Shown here one piece after another: positions 1 to 10,503 of a stretch of 45,689 bases of DNA. Source of the DNA: an uncultured bacterium. GTDB taxonomy: Bacteria; Patescibacteriota; Patescibacteriia; Patescibacteriales; UBA12465. The number at the start of each line of letters is the position of its first letter. Positions within the stretch are counted from its first letter, which is position 1. The notes below the pieces were generated by a model. The model worked only from the letters and a program-made list of their open reading frames with translations, was not told the origin of the DNA and did no database searches. The stretch spans positions 1-45,689 of the forward strand of contig CALJZR010000001.1 of NCBI GenBank assembly GCA_937983635.1, given 5' to 3'. The position numbers and the translations under genes are program-made.

Positions 1-192
1 AACTTATATAAAGTACTTTCTCGGCGTGAAGCCTTTGCCTTGGCTTTCGGTTTAGCCCAAGCCGATGATTTGGTTTTAATTACCGGCAAAGGCGCGGAAC
101 AATATATTTGCGGGCCTCAGGAAAGTAAAATTCCTTGGGACGACCGTGTTGTTGCCCGGGAGGAATTAAAAAAAGCCGGCTTTAATTTGTGA
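1..192 (+). CDS. murE: Mur ligase C-terminal fragment (MurE-like UDP-N-acetylmuramoyl-tripeptide synthetase), 5'-truncated by the window edge
   Basis: Frame 1 translates to ...SRREAFALAFGLAQADDLVLITGKGAEQYICGPQESKIPWDDRVVAREELKKAGFNL*. This matches the Mur ligase C-terminal pattern (D-x-VL-[IV]-[AT]-GKG-[HA]-E-x-Y ... DDR). Stop TGA at 190-192. Confidence 0.6.
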   Translation, partial: NLYKVLSRREAFALAFGLAQADDLVLITGKGAEQYICGPQESKIPWDDRVVAREELKKAGFNL

Positions 193-229
193 GCAAAGAT
201 CTATTGTTGAGCTGTGGAGAAACTGTGTA

Positions 230-258
230 TTGACAAAAGTTGACTATTGTAATATTAT
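230..258 (+). promoter_or_regulatory. Sigma70-like promoter candidate (TTGACA-17 bp-TATTAT)
   Basis: TTGACA at 230-235, a 17-bp spacer, and TATTAT at 253-258. A second TTGACT lies at 240-245. It sits in a 370-bp spacer that lacks ORFs. Confidence 0.35.
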
Positions 259-297
259 AGAAAATACAATCAGCTATTAGGTAAAAATCCCATTAAA

Positions 298-348
298 AAC
301 GGCCGGTAAGGTGTAAATTTCTTCTCTGCTCACCAATCCGTTTTTTTT
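298..348 (+). terminator. Weak intrinsic-terminator-like hairpin followed by T8
   Basis: AACGG (298-302) pairs with CCGTT (338-342) and GGTG (310-313) pairs with CACC (331-334). The T-run is 341-348. The stem is interrupted, so confidence is low. Confidence 0.3.
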
Positions 349-435
349 GTATTTTTCGCCAAAATTCACTTTATAAATAAGCTTTATTCTAAAGTGATTA
401 TAAACTCTAGGTGCAATTAAATAAGAGATAGGGAA

Positions 436-465
436 CTCAAACCTTTTTAAGTTTGAGATTTTTTT
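436..465 (+). terminator. Intrinsic-terminator-like hairpin plus T-run
   Basis: CTCAAAC (436-442) pairs with GTTTGAG (451-457) around an 8-nt loop. A run of seven T follows at 459-465. Confidence 0.4.
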
Positions 466-562
466 GTTGAAAGCACCCCTCTCATCAAGTCAATAAAATT
501 CAGGCCGGACTATCGCTTTTCTGTTTATCAGATGGCGCTTGGTTTGTTGCCCATAAAGTTCT

Positions 563-3500
563 ATGTCTAATACGACCGTCGTGGACAAAAAAATTTCCGA
601 ACGCAAATTTTTCACCGACTTTAAAGAGGTGATGGCCTTGCCAGACTTGATCGAAATCCAGAAGGATTCATACCGCTGGTTTTTAGAAGAAGGCTTAGCG
701 GAATTATTTGATGAGATTAATCCTGTTACCGATTTTATCGGTCGGGATTTAGAGTTATATTTTGAAGATTATTACTTAGACGAACCTAAGTTTTCCGAAA
801 CCGAGAGCCGCGAAAAGAATATTACTTATGAGGCCCCCTTGCGTGTCAAGACTCGGTTGCTCAACAAGAAGACTAGCCAAGCCTCTAATCAGGAGGTTTA
901 TCTTGGCGACTTCCCAATCATGACCGATAAAGGCACCTTTATCATCAACGGTATCGAGCGTGTCGTTGTTTCTCAGCTCATTCGCTCCGCTGGCGTCATG
1001 TTCACCGCTGAATTTATTAAAGGGAAGAAATGTTACGGCGCCAAGATTATTCCTAATCGCGGTGCTTGGTTAGAAATTGAAACTGATTCTAATAAAGTTA
1101 TCTGGGTGCGTATTGATCGTAAGCGTAAAGTAGCGGTAACCTCGCTTTTGCGCGCTTTTGGTTATGAAACTGATGAAGAATTAAAGAAACTTTTTAGTGA
1201 TGTTGATTTAGTAAAAAATAGCGATGAAGCTACTTATATTGAAGCGACGATTGAGAAGGATACTGCTAAAAATGAAGCCGAAGGTTTACAGGAAGTCTAC
1301 CGCCGCATCCGTCCTGGTGATCTCGCTTCTGTGGAAAATGCCCGTCAGCTCATCCATTCCATGTTTTTTCGTTTTGACCGCTATGATTTTGGCCGGGTTG
1401 GCCGTTATAAGTTAAATCGTCGCTTTAGTTTAGATTTGCCGAATAAAAAAGAAAACCGGGTTTTACGTAAAGAGGATTTGTTGTTAATTGTGAAGGAAGT
1501 TATTCGTTTAAATATTACTAAGGAAGCCGAAGACGATATTGATCATTTGGGCAATCGTCGTATCCGGGCTATTGGCGGTTTAATTCAGAACCGTTTCCGC
1601 GTTGGTTTAGCTCGTATGGAGCGCATCATCAAGGACCGCATGTCCACGACCGATATTGCTACTTTAACTCCGAATAAATTAGTCAATTCTCGTCCAGTTA
1701 TTGGGGTGGTGAAGGAATTTTTCATGTCTTCCCAGCTTTCCCAATTCATGGATCAGACTAATCCGCTAGCGGAATTGGAGCATAAGCGCCGTTTATCGGC
1801 GATGGGTCCTGGTGGTTTAACGAGAGAGCGTGCTGGCTTCGATGTCCGCGATGTGCACGCCACTCACTATGGTCGTATCTGCCCGATCGCCACTCCCGAA
1901 GGTCCGAATATCGGTTTAGTTGGGCATTTAGCTAGTTATGCTCGTTTAAATAGTTATGGCTTTTTAGAAACTCCTTATCGCCGCGTTAAACATGATAAGA
2001 GCGGTAGCTATGTCACTGATGAAATTGTTTATATCGATGCTTTTGAAGAAGAAAAATATATTACTGTCGACTCCACTATCCCTGTCGGTCCGGATGGTCG
2101 TTTTGCCATTGGTCGTTACGAGGTGAGAAAGTATGGACAGCCGGGCATGGAAGAGGTTAATAAGATTGATTTTGTCGGTGTTGCTGCTAATCAGATTATT
2201 TCTATCGCCACCTCCCTTATTCCTTTCATGGAACACAATGATGGTCAGCGCTCTTTAATGGGTACGAACATGCAACGTCAGGCTGTGCCTTTAGTGAAGG
2301 CAGAGGCACCTGTTGTTGGCACTGGAGTAGAGGCTCGAGCCGCCCGTGATAGCGGCCATGTCATTATTTCTAAGGAAGACGGCATTGTCGTACGTTCTGA
2401 TGCGGCCGTTATTGAAGTAGAAAACAAGAAGGGTGTCGTTGCTAAATATCCCTTGAATAAGTTTTTACGTTCCAATTCCTCTACTTGTATCAATCAACAT
2501 CCTTTAGTGATGGTGGGAGATAAAGTGAAGGCCGGCCAGATTATGTCTGATGGCCCTTCTATTGATAACGGGGAATTATCCTTAGGCCGTAATGTTTTGG
2601 TAGCCTTTATGACTTGGGATGGCTATAACTATGAAGATGCCGTCATTATTTCTGAACGTCTGGTTAAAGAAGATATCTATTCTTCTATCCATATTGAGAA
2701 TTACACCATTGATGTCCGCGATACTAAATTAGGTCCGGAGGTGATTACTAATGATATCCCTAACATCAGTGAAGAGAAATTAAAGAATTTGGATGAAGAC
2801 GGGATTATTCATATTGGCGCCGAAGTTTCTTCCGGTGATATTTTGGTCGGTAAGATCACGCCTAAAGGTGAAACTACTTTATCCGCAGAAGAGAAATTAT
2901 TACGCGCTATCTTCGGTGAAAAGGCGAAGGATGTGCGCGATTCTTCCTTATACTTAGAGCACGGTGAACACGGCAAGGTGGTTGATGTTAAAATTTTCTC
3001 CCGCGAAGAAGGCGATAAATTAGCCGCTGGTGTTTTGAAATCAATTCAGGTGTCAGTGGCCAATCTTCGTAAGATTCAAGTGGGTGATAAGATGTCAGGG
3101 CGCCATGGTAATAAGGGCGTTATTTCCCGGGTGGTCCCAGTCGAAGACATGCCTTATATGGCTGACGGTACTCCGATTGATATCATTTTGTCTCCTTTGG
3201 GTATTATTTCCCGTATGAATCTGGGCCAGCTTTTAGAAACGCATTTAGGCTTTGCTGTTAAGAAGTTAGGCTACCGCGTCGCCACTCCGGCTTTAAATGG
3301 TATTACTGAAGACCAGATTCGTGGTGAATTAAAGAAAGCAGGTTTGCCGGAGGATGGTAAAGTGGTTCTCTATGATGGTAAGACCGGCGAAGCTTTTGAT
3401 CATAAGATTACCGTTGGCTATAAATATGTTTTGAAATTGAATCACATGGTGGAAGATAAGATCCACCAGCGTTCCATCGGTCCTTATTCCTTAATTACCC

Positions 3501-3898
3501 AGCAGCCTTTAGGCGGTAAAGCGCAGTTTGGCGGCCAGCGCTTCGGAGAAATGGAAGTATGGGCTTTAGAGGGTTATGGCGCCTCTCATACTCTGCAAGA
3601 AATGTTAACAATTAAGTCCGATGATGTTCCTGGGCGCAGTAAGGCTTACGAGGCCATTATTAAGGGTGAAGAGATTGAGAAGCTTAATGTTCCTGAGTCT
3701 TTCAATGTTTTAATTCGTGAGCTTAAAGGCTTAGGCTTAAGCGTGGAATTACTAGGCGGTAGCGGCGGCCAGCCTGCTTCCGAAGTGGAAACCGAACTGG
3801 ATCTCCAAGAAAAGAGGGATCCGCGCTATGATTATGACAAGCCGGAAATTATTGCCACCGACGATCTCGTGGGCACGCCGGAGCCGACTGAGGAATAA
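563..3898 (+). CDS. rpoB: DNA-directed RNA polymerase beta subunit
   Basis: 1111-aa ORF with hallmark RpoB blocks: GDFPIMTDKGTFIINGIERVVVSQL, NMQRQAVPL, GRHGNKGVISR and QRFGEMEVWALEGYGA. Confidence 0.98.
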   Translation: MSNTTVVDKKISERKFFTDFKEVMALPDLIEIQKDSYRWFLEEGLAELFDEINPVTDFIGRDLELYFEDYYLDEPKFSETESREKNITYEAPLRVKTRLLNKKTSQASNQEVYLGDFPIMTDKGTFIINGIERVVVSQLIRSAGVMFTAEFIKGKKCYGAKIIPNRGAWLEIETDSNKVIWVRIDRKRKVAVTSLLRAFGYETDEELKKLFSDVDLVKNSDEATYIEATIEKDTAKNEAEGLQEVYRRIRPGDLASVENARQLIHSMFFRFDRYDFGRVGRYKLNRRFSLDLPNKKENRVLRKEDLLLIVKEVIRLNITKEAEDDIDHLGNRRIRAIGGLIQNRFRVGLARMERIIKDRMSTTDIATLTPNKLVNSRPVIGVVKEFFMSSQLSQFMDQTNPLAELEHKRRLSAMGPGGLTRERAGFDVRDVHATHYGRICPIATPEGPNIGLVGHLASYARLNSYGFLETPYRRVKHDKSGSYVTDEIVYIDAFEEEKYITVDSTIPVGPDGRFAIGRYEVRKYGQPGMEEVNKIDFVGVAANQIISIATSLIPFMEHNDGQRSLMGTNMQRQAVPLVKAEAPVVGTGVEARAARDSGHVIISKEDGIVVRSDAAVIEVENKKGVVAKYPLNKFLRSNSSTCINQHPLVMVGDKVKAGQIMSDGPSIDNGELSLGRNVLVAFMTWDGYNYEDAVIISERLVKEDIYSSIHIENYTIDVRDTKLGPEVITNDIPNISEEKLKNLDEDGIIHIGAEVSSGDILVGKITPKGETTLSAEEKLLRAIFGEKAKDVRDSSLYLEHGEHGKVVDVKIFSREEGDKLAAGVLKSIQVSVANLRKIQVGDKMSGRHGNKGVISRVVPVEDMPYMADGTPIDIILSPLGIISRMNLGQLLETHLGFAVKKLGYRVATPALNGITEDQIRGELKKAGLPEDGKVVLYDGKTGEAFDHKITVGYKYVLKLNHMVEDKIHQRSIGPYSLITQQPLGGKAQFGGQRFGEMEVWALEGYGASHTLQEMLTIKSDDVPGRSKAYEAIIKGEEIEKLNVPESFNVLIRELKGLGLSVELLGGSGGQPASEVETELDLQEKRDPRYDYDKPEIIATDDLVGTPEPTEE

Positions 3899-3936
3899 TT
3901 TTACGACCGCTTTAATCAATTCATCCCATAATATAT

Positions 3937-6900
3937 ATGTTGAACCCAATTAAAACTAGCGATTTCGACGCTATCCGTCTGAAGCTCGCTTCGCCCGAAG
4001 AGATTCTTTCTTGGTCTCACGGAGAGGTGACGCGGCCGGAAACGATTAATTACCGCACGCAGAAGCCGGAAAAAGATGGCTTATTCTGCGAAAAGATTTT
4101 TGGTCCGACTAAGGACTGGGAGTGTGCCTGCGGCAAGTATAAGAAAATCCGCTATAAAGGAATTGTCTGTGACAAGTGCGGAGTGGAAGTTACGCGCAGT
4201 GTTGTCCGTCGGGAGCGCATGGGTCACATCACCATGCAGATTCCTTGTACTCATATTTGGTTTTTGCGCGGCATTTCTTCAAAGATTGGCTTGCTTTTAA
4301 ATCTTGGTATTCAGTCTTTAGAAAAAGTAATTTATTTTGCTAGTTTTATTGTTACTGATGTCGATGAAGGTTTGAAAGAGGCGGCCTCTGAACAGATTAA
4401 GAGCGAACACAAATCTAAGCGCAAGAGTATTGATAATGAATTTAATCAGCAAGTAAAGAAAGCTCAAGATAGCCGCGCTCATTTGTTGAAAGAGGGTAAG
4501 AAGAAGGAAGATGTTGACGATGAAATCAATGAGTCCATCAAAGTCGCCACCCGGGAGCGTGATGAAAAAATTGAAAGATTGGAAGAAGACTTTACGCAGG
4601 TCATTAAAGAATTAAAGGAATTAAAACCACTTTTAATTTTATCCGAGCATCAATATCAGAATTTGAGCTTGAAATTTGGCCACTTATTTGAAGCTGGAAT
4701 CGGCGCAGAAGCAATTCGCCGTCTTTTAGAGCGGATTGATTTAGAAAAGAGCGTTAATAAAGTCGAAGAAAAACTTAAAGACGCGGTTGACTCCAAACGA
4801 GATAAATTAATTAAGCGCTTGAAGCTTTTAAAGAGTTTCCGCAATAATAACTTGCGTCCGGAGTGGATGATTCTTAATGTTTTGCCGGTAGTTCCGCCTG
4901 ATTTGCGCCCAATGGTCGCTTTAGACGGCGGTCGCTTTGCCGCCTCTGACTTAAATGATCTTTATCGCCGCGTTATCAATCGTAATAATCGCTTAAGACA
5001 ATTAATTGATTTGAATGCTCCGGAAGTTATTTGTCGTAATGAAAAGCGCATGTTGCAGGAAGCAGTTGATGCTTTAATTGATAACTCTGCCCGCCATACT
5101 AAGACTGTGACTGCCTCTACCGGTCAGAAGCGCCAGCTGAAATCTTTAGCCGACGGCTTGAAGGGCAAGCAGGGTCGCTTCCGTCAGAATTTATTAGGCA
5201 AGCGCGTTGACTATTCTGGCCGTAGCGTAATCGTGGTTAACCCGAAATTGAATCTTGATCAGTGCGGTTTGCCTAAGATTATGGCGTTGGAACTTTTTAA
5301 ACCATTTATTATCAGCCAGTTGATTAAGCGGGAAATCGTGCACAACGTGCGCAGCGCTTCTCGCTATATTGAAGCTGGCCACGATGAGGTTTGGGATATT
5401 TTAGAAGAAACGGTTAAAGAAGCTTTTGTGCTTTTAAATCGCGCCCCCACTTTACATCGTTTAGGTATTCAAGCTTTTAAGCCAATCTTAATTGAAGGTA
5501 AGGCTATCCAAATTCATCCTTTAGTTTGTACCGCTTTTAACGCCGACTTTGATGGTGACCAGATGGCTGTGCATGTGCCTTTGACTAAGGAGGCGAAGAA
5601 TGAAGCGGCTAACATCATGCTGTCTTCCCATAATTTGCTGAAACCAGCGACCGGCGACCCGATTGTAGCGCCGGCTCAGGATATTGTTTGGGGAACTTAT
5701 TACATCACTCTTGAAGATCCCACCTTTAAAGATAAGGCGGATAAAGAATTGAAGCATTTTTATGATGATAATGATGCAATTTTAGCTTACGAAAATAACT
5801 TTATCACCCTTAATGAACCGGTTGTCGTTAAAATCAATAACGAACGTATGCGCACGACTGTCGGAAGAATGATTTTTAATCTTATTCTTCCGGAGAAATT
5901 GCGTTATATCAATGAAGTCGTGGGTAAAGGTAAATTAAAAGATTTAATTCGCGAGTGTTTGCGCCTTTATACTGAAGATGAAACTGTTAAATTTATTGAT
6001 AATTTGAAGAATAAGAGTTTTGCTTTCATTACTAAATCTGGCCTATCTTGGGGTTTTGGTGATTTACCTAGTCTATCGGAAAAAGATCGTTTGATTGAAA
6101 ATGCTAATCAACAGGTTGATTTGATTCAGGAGCAGTATGAAGAAGGTCTTTTAACCGAAAGCGAGCGTTATGCTAAAGTGATTGAAGAATGGACTAATAC
6201 TAAAGACAAAATTGCTGATATCTGTAAAAAAGGCTTAGTTAATATTCTCCCAGTGTATTCCATGATTGACTCAGGGGCCCGCGGTTCTTGGGCTCAGCCT
6301 GTTCAGATTTTAGGTATGAAGGGTTTGGTGACTTCGCCTTCCGGCGCTATTATCGAATTGCCAGTGAAGGGAAATTTTAAAGAAGGCTTTGGTGTTTTGG
6401 AATATTTTATTTCCACCCACGGTGTGCGCAAAGGTTTATCCGATACCGCTTTAAGAACGGCTAATGCCGGTTACTTAACTCGTCGTTTAATTGATGTTTC
6501 TCAGGATGTGATTGTTACCGAAGAAGATTGCGGTGATAAGAAAGGCGTGCGCTATACCCATGAAGAAACAGATAAAACTGGTGAAGATTTCTATAAGAAA
6601 ATTATCGGCCGTTATTTGGCCCAGGACTTAGTTGATGCTAAGGGCAAATTAATATATAAGGCGGGGTCTTTAATTAATGAAGATGTTTCTAGAGATCTAA
6701 AAACTAAGGCTGTTAATGAACTCTACCTGCGCTCTGTTCTCAGTTGTCATTTACATAAGGGCGTTTGTGCTAAATGTTACGGTTGGGACTTAGCCTATAA
6801 TAAAGAGGTTAAGCTTGGCTCCGCCGTTGGTATTATTGCCGCTCAGTCTATTGGTGAGCCGGGTACGCAGTTGACGATGAGAACCTTCCACACGGGTGGT

Positions 6901-7929
6901 GTGGCCGGACAGGATGATATTACCCAAGGTTTGCCGAGAGTGGAAGAAATCTTTGAAGCCCGTAGCCCGAAGAAAAAAGCTTTAATTTCCGACGTCGCCG
7001 GTAAAGTTAAGATTGAATTTGCCCAGAAGACTATTAAAGATCAGGATGGCAAGGACATTGTTGTTCCTAATATGCAAGCCAAGATTTTGAGTATTGTTTA
7101 TCGCGGCAAAGAACAGGAAAAGTATTATTTTTCTGAAAAGATTAACGAGATGAAATTAGCTTCTGGCTTAACCGCCAAAGATAAGAAAAAGTTAGCCGTG
7201 GAGGTGATGGTGGCTGACGGCGATAAAGTCGCTAAGGGTGTAGAATTATTCCGTGTCGGCGGCGAAAGTGTGAAAGCTAAGAGCGCCGGTGTCACCGCCG
7301 TTAATGACAAATTTATTGGTATCTCTAAGGAGGTTGATAAGATTAAAGAATTTTCTATTCTTAAAGGCACGATGTTGATGGTAAAGGATGGCGATACCGT
7401 GGAAAAGGGAACGCAATTGACTGAAGGCAGTCTGGATTTGCGCGAACTTTATAAGTTGAAGGGTGAATTAGAAACACAGAAATATATCATCCGGGAAATT
7501 CAGTATGTGTATTCTTCCCAGGGCCAGCCTTTGAATGATAAGCATGTGGAGATTATTGCTCGACAGATGTTCTCCCGCTATCTTATTAAAGATCCGGGTG
7601 ATACGGCCATGCTGCCGGGTGAAACCGTGGAAGCGGAGGTTTTCGAGCACGCCAATCAGGAAGTTAAAGTCCACGCTAAAGCCGACCGCTTATTAATGGG
7701 TATTACTAAAGCCTCTCTAACCACCGATAGCTTTTTATCAGCAGCCTCCTTCCAGGAAACTCCTCGAGTTTTGATTGAAGCAGCGGTTAATGGCAAGATT
7801 GATTATTTAGAAGGCTTGAAAGAGAATGTTATTATCGGTTGTCTTATTCCGGCTGGTACTGGCTATAAAGGCAAGAAAGTGCGCGATGAGTATGAACGCA
7901 TTCAGCCTCAAGCTACTACCGGAAAGTAA
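3937..7929 (+). CDS. rpoC: DNA-directed RNA polymerase beta' subunit
   Basis: 1330-aa ORF with the N-terminal zinc motif [23 protein letters not shown], the catalytic [14 protein letters not shown] and [15 protein letters not shown]. It lies directly downstream of rpoB. Confidence 0.98.
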   Translation: MLNPIKTSDFDAIRLKLASPEEILSWSHGEVTRPETINYRTQKPEKDGLFCEKIFGPTKDWECACGKYKKIRYKGIVCDKCGVEVTRSVVRRERMGHITMQIPCTHIWFLRGISSKIGLLLNLGIQSLEKVIYFASFIVTDVDEGLKEAASEQIKSEHKSKRKSIDNEFNQQVKKAQDSRAHLLKEGKKKEDVDDEINESIKVATRERDEKIERLEEDFTQVIKELKELKPLLILSEHQYQNLSLKFGHLFEAGIGAEAIRRLLERIDLEKSVNKVEEKLKDAVDSKRDKLIKRLKLLKSFRNNNLRPEWMILNVLPVVPPDLRPMVALDGGRFAASDLNDLYRRVINRNNRLRQLIDLNAPEVICRNEKRMLQEAVDALIDNSARHTKTVTASTGQKRQLKSLADGLKGKQGRFRQNLLGKRVDYSGRSVIVVNPKLNLDQCGLPKIMALELFKPFIISQLIKREIVHNVRSASRYIEAGHDEVWDILEETVKEAFVLLNRAPTLHRLGIQAFKPILIEGKAIQIHPLVCTAFNADFDGDQMAVHVPLTKEAKNEAANIMLSSHNLLKPATGDPIVAPAQDIVWGTYYITLEDPTFKDKADKELKHFYDDNDAILAYENNFITLNEPVVVKINNERMRTTVGRMIFNLILPEKLRYINEVVGKGKLKDLIRECLRLYTEDETVKFIDNLKNKSFAFITKSGLSWGFGDLPSLSEKDRLIENANQQVDLIQEQYEEGLLTESERYAKVIEEWTNTKDKIADICKKGLVNILPVYSMIDSGARGSWAQPVQILGMKGLVTSPSGAIIELPVKGNFKEGFGVLEYFISTHGVRKGLSDTALRTANAGYLTRRLIDVSQDVIVTEEDCGDKKGVRYTHEETDKTGEDFYKKIIGRYLAQDLVDAKGKLIYKAGSLINEDVSRDLKTKAVNELYLRSVLSCHLHKGVCAKCYGWDLAYNKEVKLGSAVGIIAAQSIGEPGTQLTMRTFHTGGVAGQDDITQGLPRVEEIFEARSPKKKALISDVAGKVKIEFAQKTIKDQDGKDIVVPNMQAKILSIVYRGKEQEKYYFSEKINEMKLASGLTAKDKKKLAVEVMVADGDKVAKGVELFRVGGESVKAKSAGVTAVNDKFIGISKEVDKIKEFSILKGTMLMVKDGDTVEKGTQLTEGSLDLRELYKLKGELETQKYIIREIQYVYSSQGQPLNDKHVEIIARQMFSRYLIKDPGDTAMLPGETVEAEVFEHANQEVKVHAKADRLLMGITKASLTTDSFLSAASFQETPRVLIEAAVNGKIDYLEGLKENVIIGCLIPAGTGYKGKKVRDEYERIQPQATTGK

Positions 7930-7951
7930 AATATTAATTTTAGAATCAGAT

Positions 7952-7987
7952 AAAATCCCTCTTGGACAAAGAGGGATTTTTGTTTTT
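7952..7987 (+). terminator. Rho-independent terminator after rpoC
   Basis: AAAATCCCTCTT (7952-7963), loop GGAC, AAAGAGGGATTTT (7968-7980), then TGTTTTT. Confidence 0.7.
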
Positions 7988-8043
7988 ATAGCTGTTAATT
8001 TTATGAAAATCTAGTATAATAAAGGTGGGTTAAAAGAACTTAA

Positions 8044-9567
8044 ATGATTAAGAGCTTTTCCTTTTTTATGTTATCACTTCGTTTTAAGATTAGAATATTT
8101 TGGCTAATATTATTGTTTTTAATAGTAATATTTTTTGCTTTCCGTTTTGTTTCTCCGAGCGGTTCTTGGCGTTGCCGTCAGAATTTTACTGGTTCTAATA
8201 TTTTGCTAGATTCTTTATCATTATCGGCATCTGCTTGTATTAGCCAGGCTTCTCCGGCAGAGCGGGTGGTGCGTGCTACCGACGGCCCGCTTTTAGTCTT
8301 AGCGGATCCTATTTATTTTTCTATTTTTAGCCCTCGTCCTTTTAGCCGCGCCGAAGTGGAAATTGTATATCGACCCCATCTGAGTTCTTCCACTCCGATT
8401 TTTGAGGCGGGATTTTTGGCGGATGCTAAATTATGGCGCTACCAATTAAAGCCTGTATATAATCTTTGGTTGGAACAGGGTTTTTCTTCTTGGTTTTCTC
8501 TGCGGGACGGCAATATGCGCCTCTTCCAGAAAGAGAAGCGTTTTTCTTCTGTCTCTGAATTTTTAAGCGCTTGGCGTCAGCAAGGTAGTGATTTATGCAC
8601 TTATAAAAATTGTTTGGCGGTTTATAATCTTGCTCTCAATGATTTTCCCCCGGCTTTAGATTTTAAGAATTTGAAACAGGCTCCTAGTTTTTTTGAATTT
8701 CCTTATGCTTTACGGGGGGCGCATCAGTTTTATTTTTATTTACCACAAGCGGGCTTGGAATTAAACGGTTCTTTTTTCGATTTGAATGATAATAAAGATA
8801 AGGATGAAGCTCAATTTTTAATTTTTTCTGGGCAAAGGCAGGTGGCCAGTGTTAATTTAGCAGACCAGCGTCCGCAGGCTGAAGAGAGCGCTGACCGCGG
8901 TCCTGTTCAGGCTTTTAGTATTTCTCGTTCTGATTTAGCCCCGGGTCTCTATCGTTTGGAGTTTAAGGCTAATGACGACCTGGTTCTTAATTCGCTTCGC
9001 ATTAATTCTTCCTATCTTTCAGCTATTAACAAGATTTGGCCTTTTGATCAGGAAAAAATTTTTCTGCTGACCGATGCCCCGTATCTTCAAGTAAAATCTT
9101 TAGATCCCGGTGCTCTTCAGGATTTTAGTTTTGGTCAGGAACGGCTATCCTTGTCGGAAATTTATCATCAGTACGAATTTAAGAGTCGCCAAGGTGGAGT
9201 GCAGGCTATTAATTTGGAGCGAGGTGGCTTGATTTTAGAAAATAATGGTGTTTTTGCCGCTACCGCCGACTCTTTGCTTAATCCTGACTATCAGAGATTG
9301 GCTCGTTTTTCTACTTTAAGTGAAGAAATGGATTTTGTGCTCGCTGATTATGAATCAGCCCAAGCGGAAGAAGACGGTTGGCTGCGTTCACGCCTAGATT
9401 TTGAAGCTGGTGATTTTTATAGAGAGAATCAGCGGTATAGCTTAATTCTTTCGGTGCCGGGCTTGAAGCTGGATGGCGGTGCTGGCGGTTTGCTGGAAAT
9501 TAAAGAAATCAAAGTGCATTTTTATGGTAAGAGTTTAGGGGAAAAAGTAAGAGATTGGTTACACTAA
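8044..9567 (+). CDS. Hypothetical N-terminally membrane-anchored protein (large extracytoplasmic domain)
   Basis: 507-aa ORF. It has a hydrophobic N-terminus (IRIFWLILLFLIVIFFAFRFV) followed by a soluble domain with no motif I recognise. It is co-directional and tightly packed with the downstream glycosyltransferase genes. Confidence 0.7.
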   Translation: MIKSFSFFMLSLRFKIRIFWLILLFLIVIFFAFRFVSPSGSWRCRQNFTGSNILLDSLSLSASACISQASPAERVVRATDGPLLVLADPIYFSIFSPRPFSRAEVEIVYRPHLSSSTPIFEAGFLADAKLWRYQLKPVYNLWLEQGFSSWFSLRDGNMRLFQKEKRFSSVSEFLSAWRQQGSDLCTYKNCLAVYNLALNDFPPALDFKNLKQAPSFFEFPYALRGAHQFYFYLPQAGLELNGSFFDLNDNKDKDEAQFLIFSGQRQVASVNLADQRPQAEESADRGPVQAFSISRSDLAPGLYRLEFKANDDLVLNSLRINSSYLSAINKIWPFDQEKIFLLTDAPYLQVKSLDPGALQDFSFGQERLSLSEIYHQYEFKSRQGGVQAINLERGGLILENNGVFAATADSLLNPDYQRLARFSTLSEEMDFVLADYESAQAEEDGWLRSRLDFEAGDFYRENQRYSLILSVPGLKLDGGAGGLLEIKEIKVHFYGKSLGEKVRDWLH

Positions 9568-9587
9568 GTAGAGTTGATTTTACTAAT

Positions 9588-9800
9588 ATGTTTAAGTCTA
9601 AATCAAATATTTTATTTTTTAAAAAAAATTTCCCCCTGATTGCAGAAGAGTTTTTTTATTTTATCACTTCTTTACTGATCGTTGGTGCTGGTTTAGAATT
9701 TATCTTGCCTGGATTTTTTACTTTGTATTTTAACATTGCCACTTTAGTCTTGGTTTGGCTGATAACTTTATTATTTTTATTATTTTATGTACGCCGATAA
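9588..9800 (+). CDS. Small two-TM membrane protein (70 aa)
   Basis: The ATG at 9588 (MFKSKSN...) is preferred over the TTG at 9555 given in the ORF track. There are two hydrophobic helices (FYFITSLLIVGAGLEFILPGFF and IATLVLVWLITLLFLLF). It overlaps the GT2 start by 14 nt. Confidence 0.5.
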   Translation: MFKSKSNILFFKKNFPLIAEEFFYFITSLLIVGAGLEFILPGFFTLYFNIATLVLVWLITLLFLLFYVRR

Positions 9801-10500
9801 AAAAATCATTGTTGTTTTACCCGCTTATAATGCGGCGGCTACTTTAGCCAAAACAGTGGCTGATTTGCCGGCGATTGTTGATGAAATTATTCTAGTTGAT
9901 GATGGCAGCCAGGACGATACTGTCAGGATTGCCGAAGAATTAGGTTTATTTGTCTTTAAACATGAGCAAAATCGTGGTTATGGCGGTAATCAAAAATCTT
10001 GCTATCGCTTAGCTTTAGAAAGAGGCGCAGATATTGTGGTAATGGTGCATCCTGATTATCAATATGATCCTCGTTTAGTGTCTTATTTTGCTGCTTTTAT
10101 TGCCGATGATTATTTTGATTTAGTTTTAGGTTCTCGGATTCGTAGCCGTCGGGAAACCCTAGATGGGGGGATGCCAGTTTATAAATATTATGCCAATCGT
10201 TTTTTGACTTTAGTAGAAAATCTCGTTACCGGACAGAATTTATCGGAATGGCACACGGGGATGCGTGCTTATTCTCGCCAAGTTTTATTGAGCTTAGATT
10301 TTAAGAAGACTAGCGATGATTTTGTTTTTGATTCACAAATTCTTTTTCAGGCGGTAGCTCGTAAATGGCGCATTGGTGAAATTCCCGTGCCGGTCCGTTA
10401 TTTTCAAGAAGCTTCTTCGATTAATTGGCGGCGGAGCTTGCGCTACGGTTTTAGTACTCTTTTGATAGCCATCGCTTATCTTTTTGGCCGTCGGCCCTAG
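9787..10500 (+). CDS. Family 2 glycosyltransferase (polyprenyl-phosphate sugar synthase / DPM1-GtrB-like)
   Basis: IIVVLPAYNAA...IILVDDGSQDDT...NRGYGGNQK...VMVHPDYQYDP is a typical GT-A/GT2 layout. A hydrophobic C-terminal tail follows (FSTLLIAIAYLF). Confidence 0.85.
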   Translation: MYADKKIIVVLPAYNAAATLAKTVADLPAIVDEIILVDDGSQDDTVRIAEELGLFVFKHEQNRGYGGNQKSCYRLALERGADIVVMVHPDYQYDPRLVSYFAAFIADDYFDLVLGSRIRSRRETLDGGMPVYKYYANRFLTLVENLVTGQNLSEWHTGMRAYSRQVLLSLDFKKTSDDFVFDSQILFQAVARKWRIGEIPVPVRYFQEASSINWRRSLRYGFSTLLIAIAYLFGRRP

Positions 10501-10503
10501 TCT

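Noticed and set aside
1224-7674. Multiple 60-90-aa ORFs inside or antisense to rpoB and rpoC: 1224-1415, 1964-2236, 2278-2493, 3752-3949, 4076-4300, 4656-4844, 5194-5382, 5521-5757, 7125-7370 and 7468-7674.
   Set aside because: All are fully embedded in the two unambiguous RNA polymerase genes. They have low-complexity or implausible translations and no independent signals. They are typical shadow ORFs.
7826-8014. 62-aa ORF spanning the rpoC 3' end and the terminator.
   Set aside because: It overlaps rpoC out of frame and runs through the terminator hairpin, so it is very unlikely to be coding.
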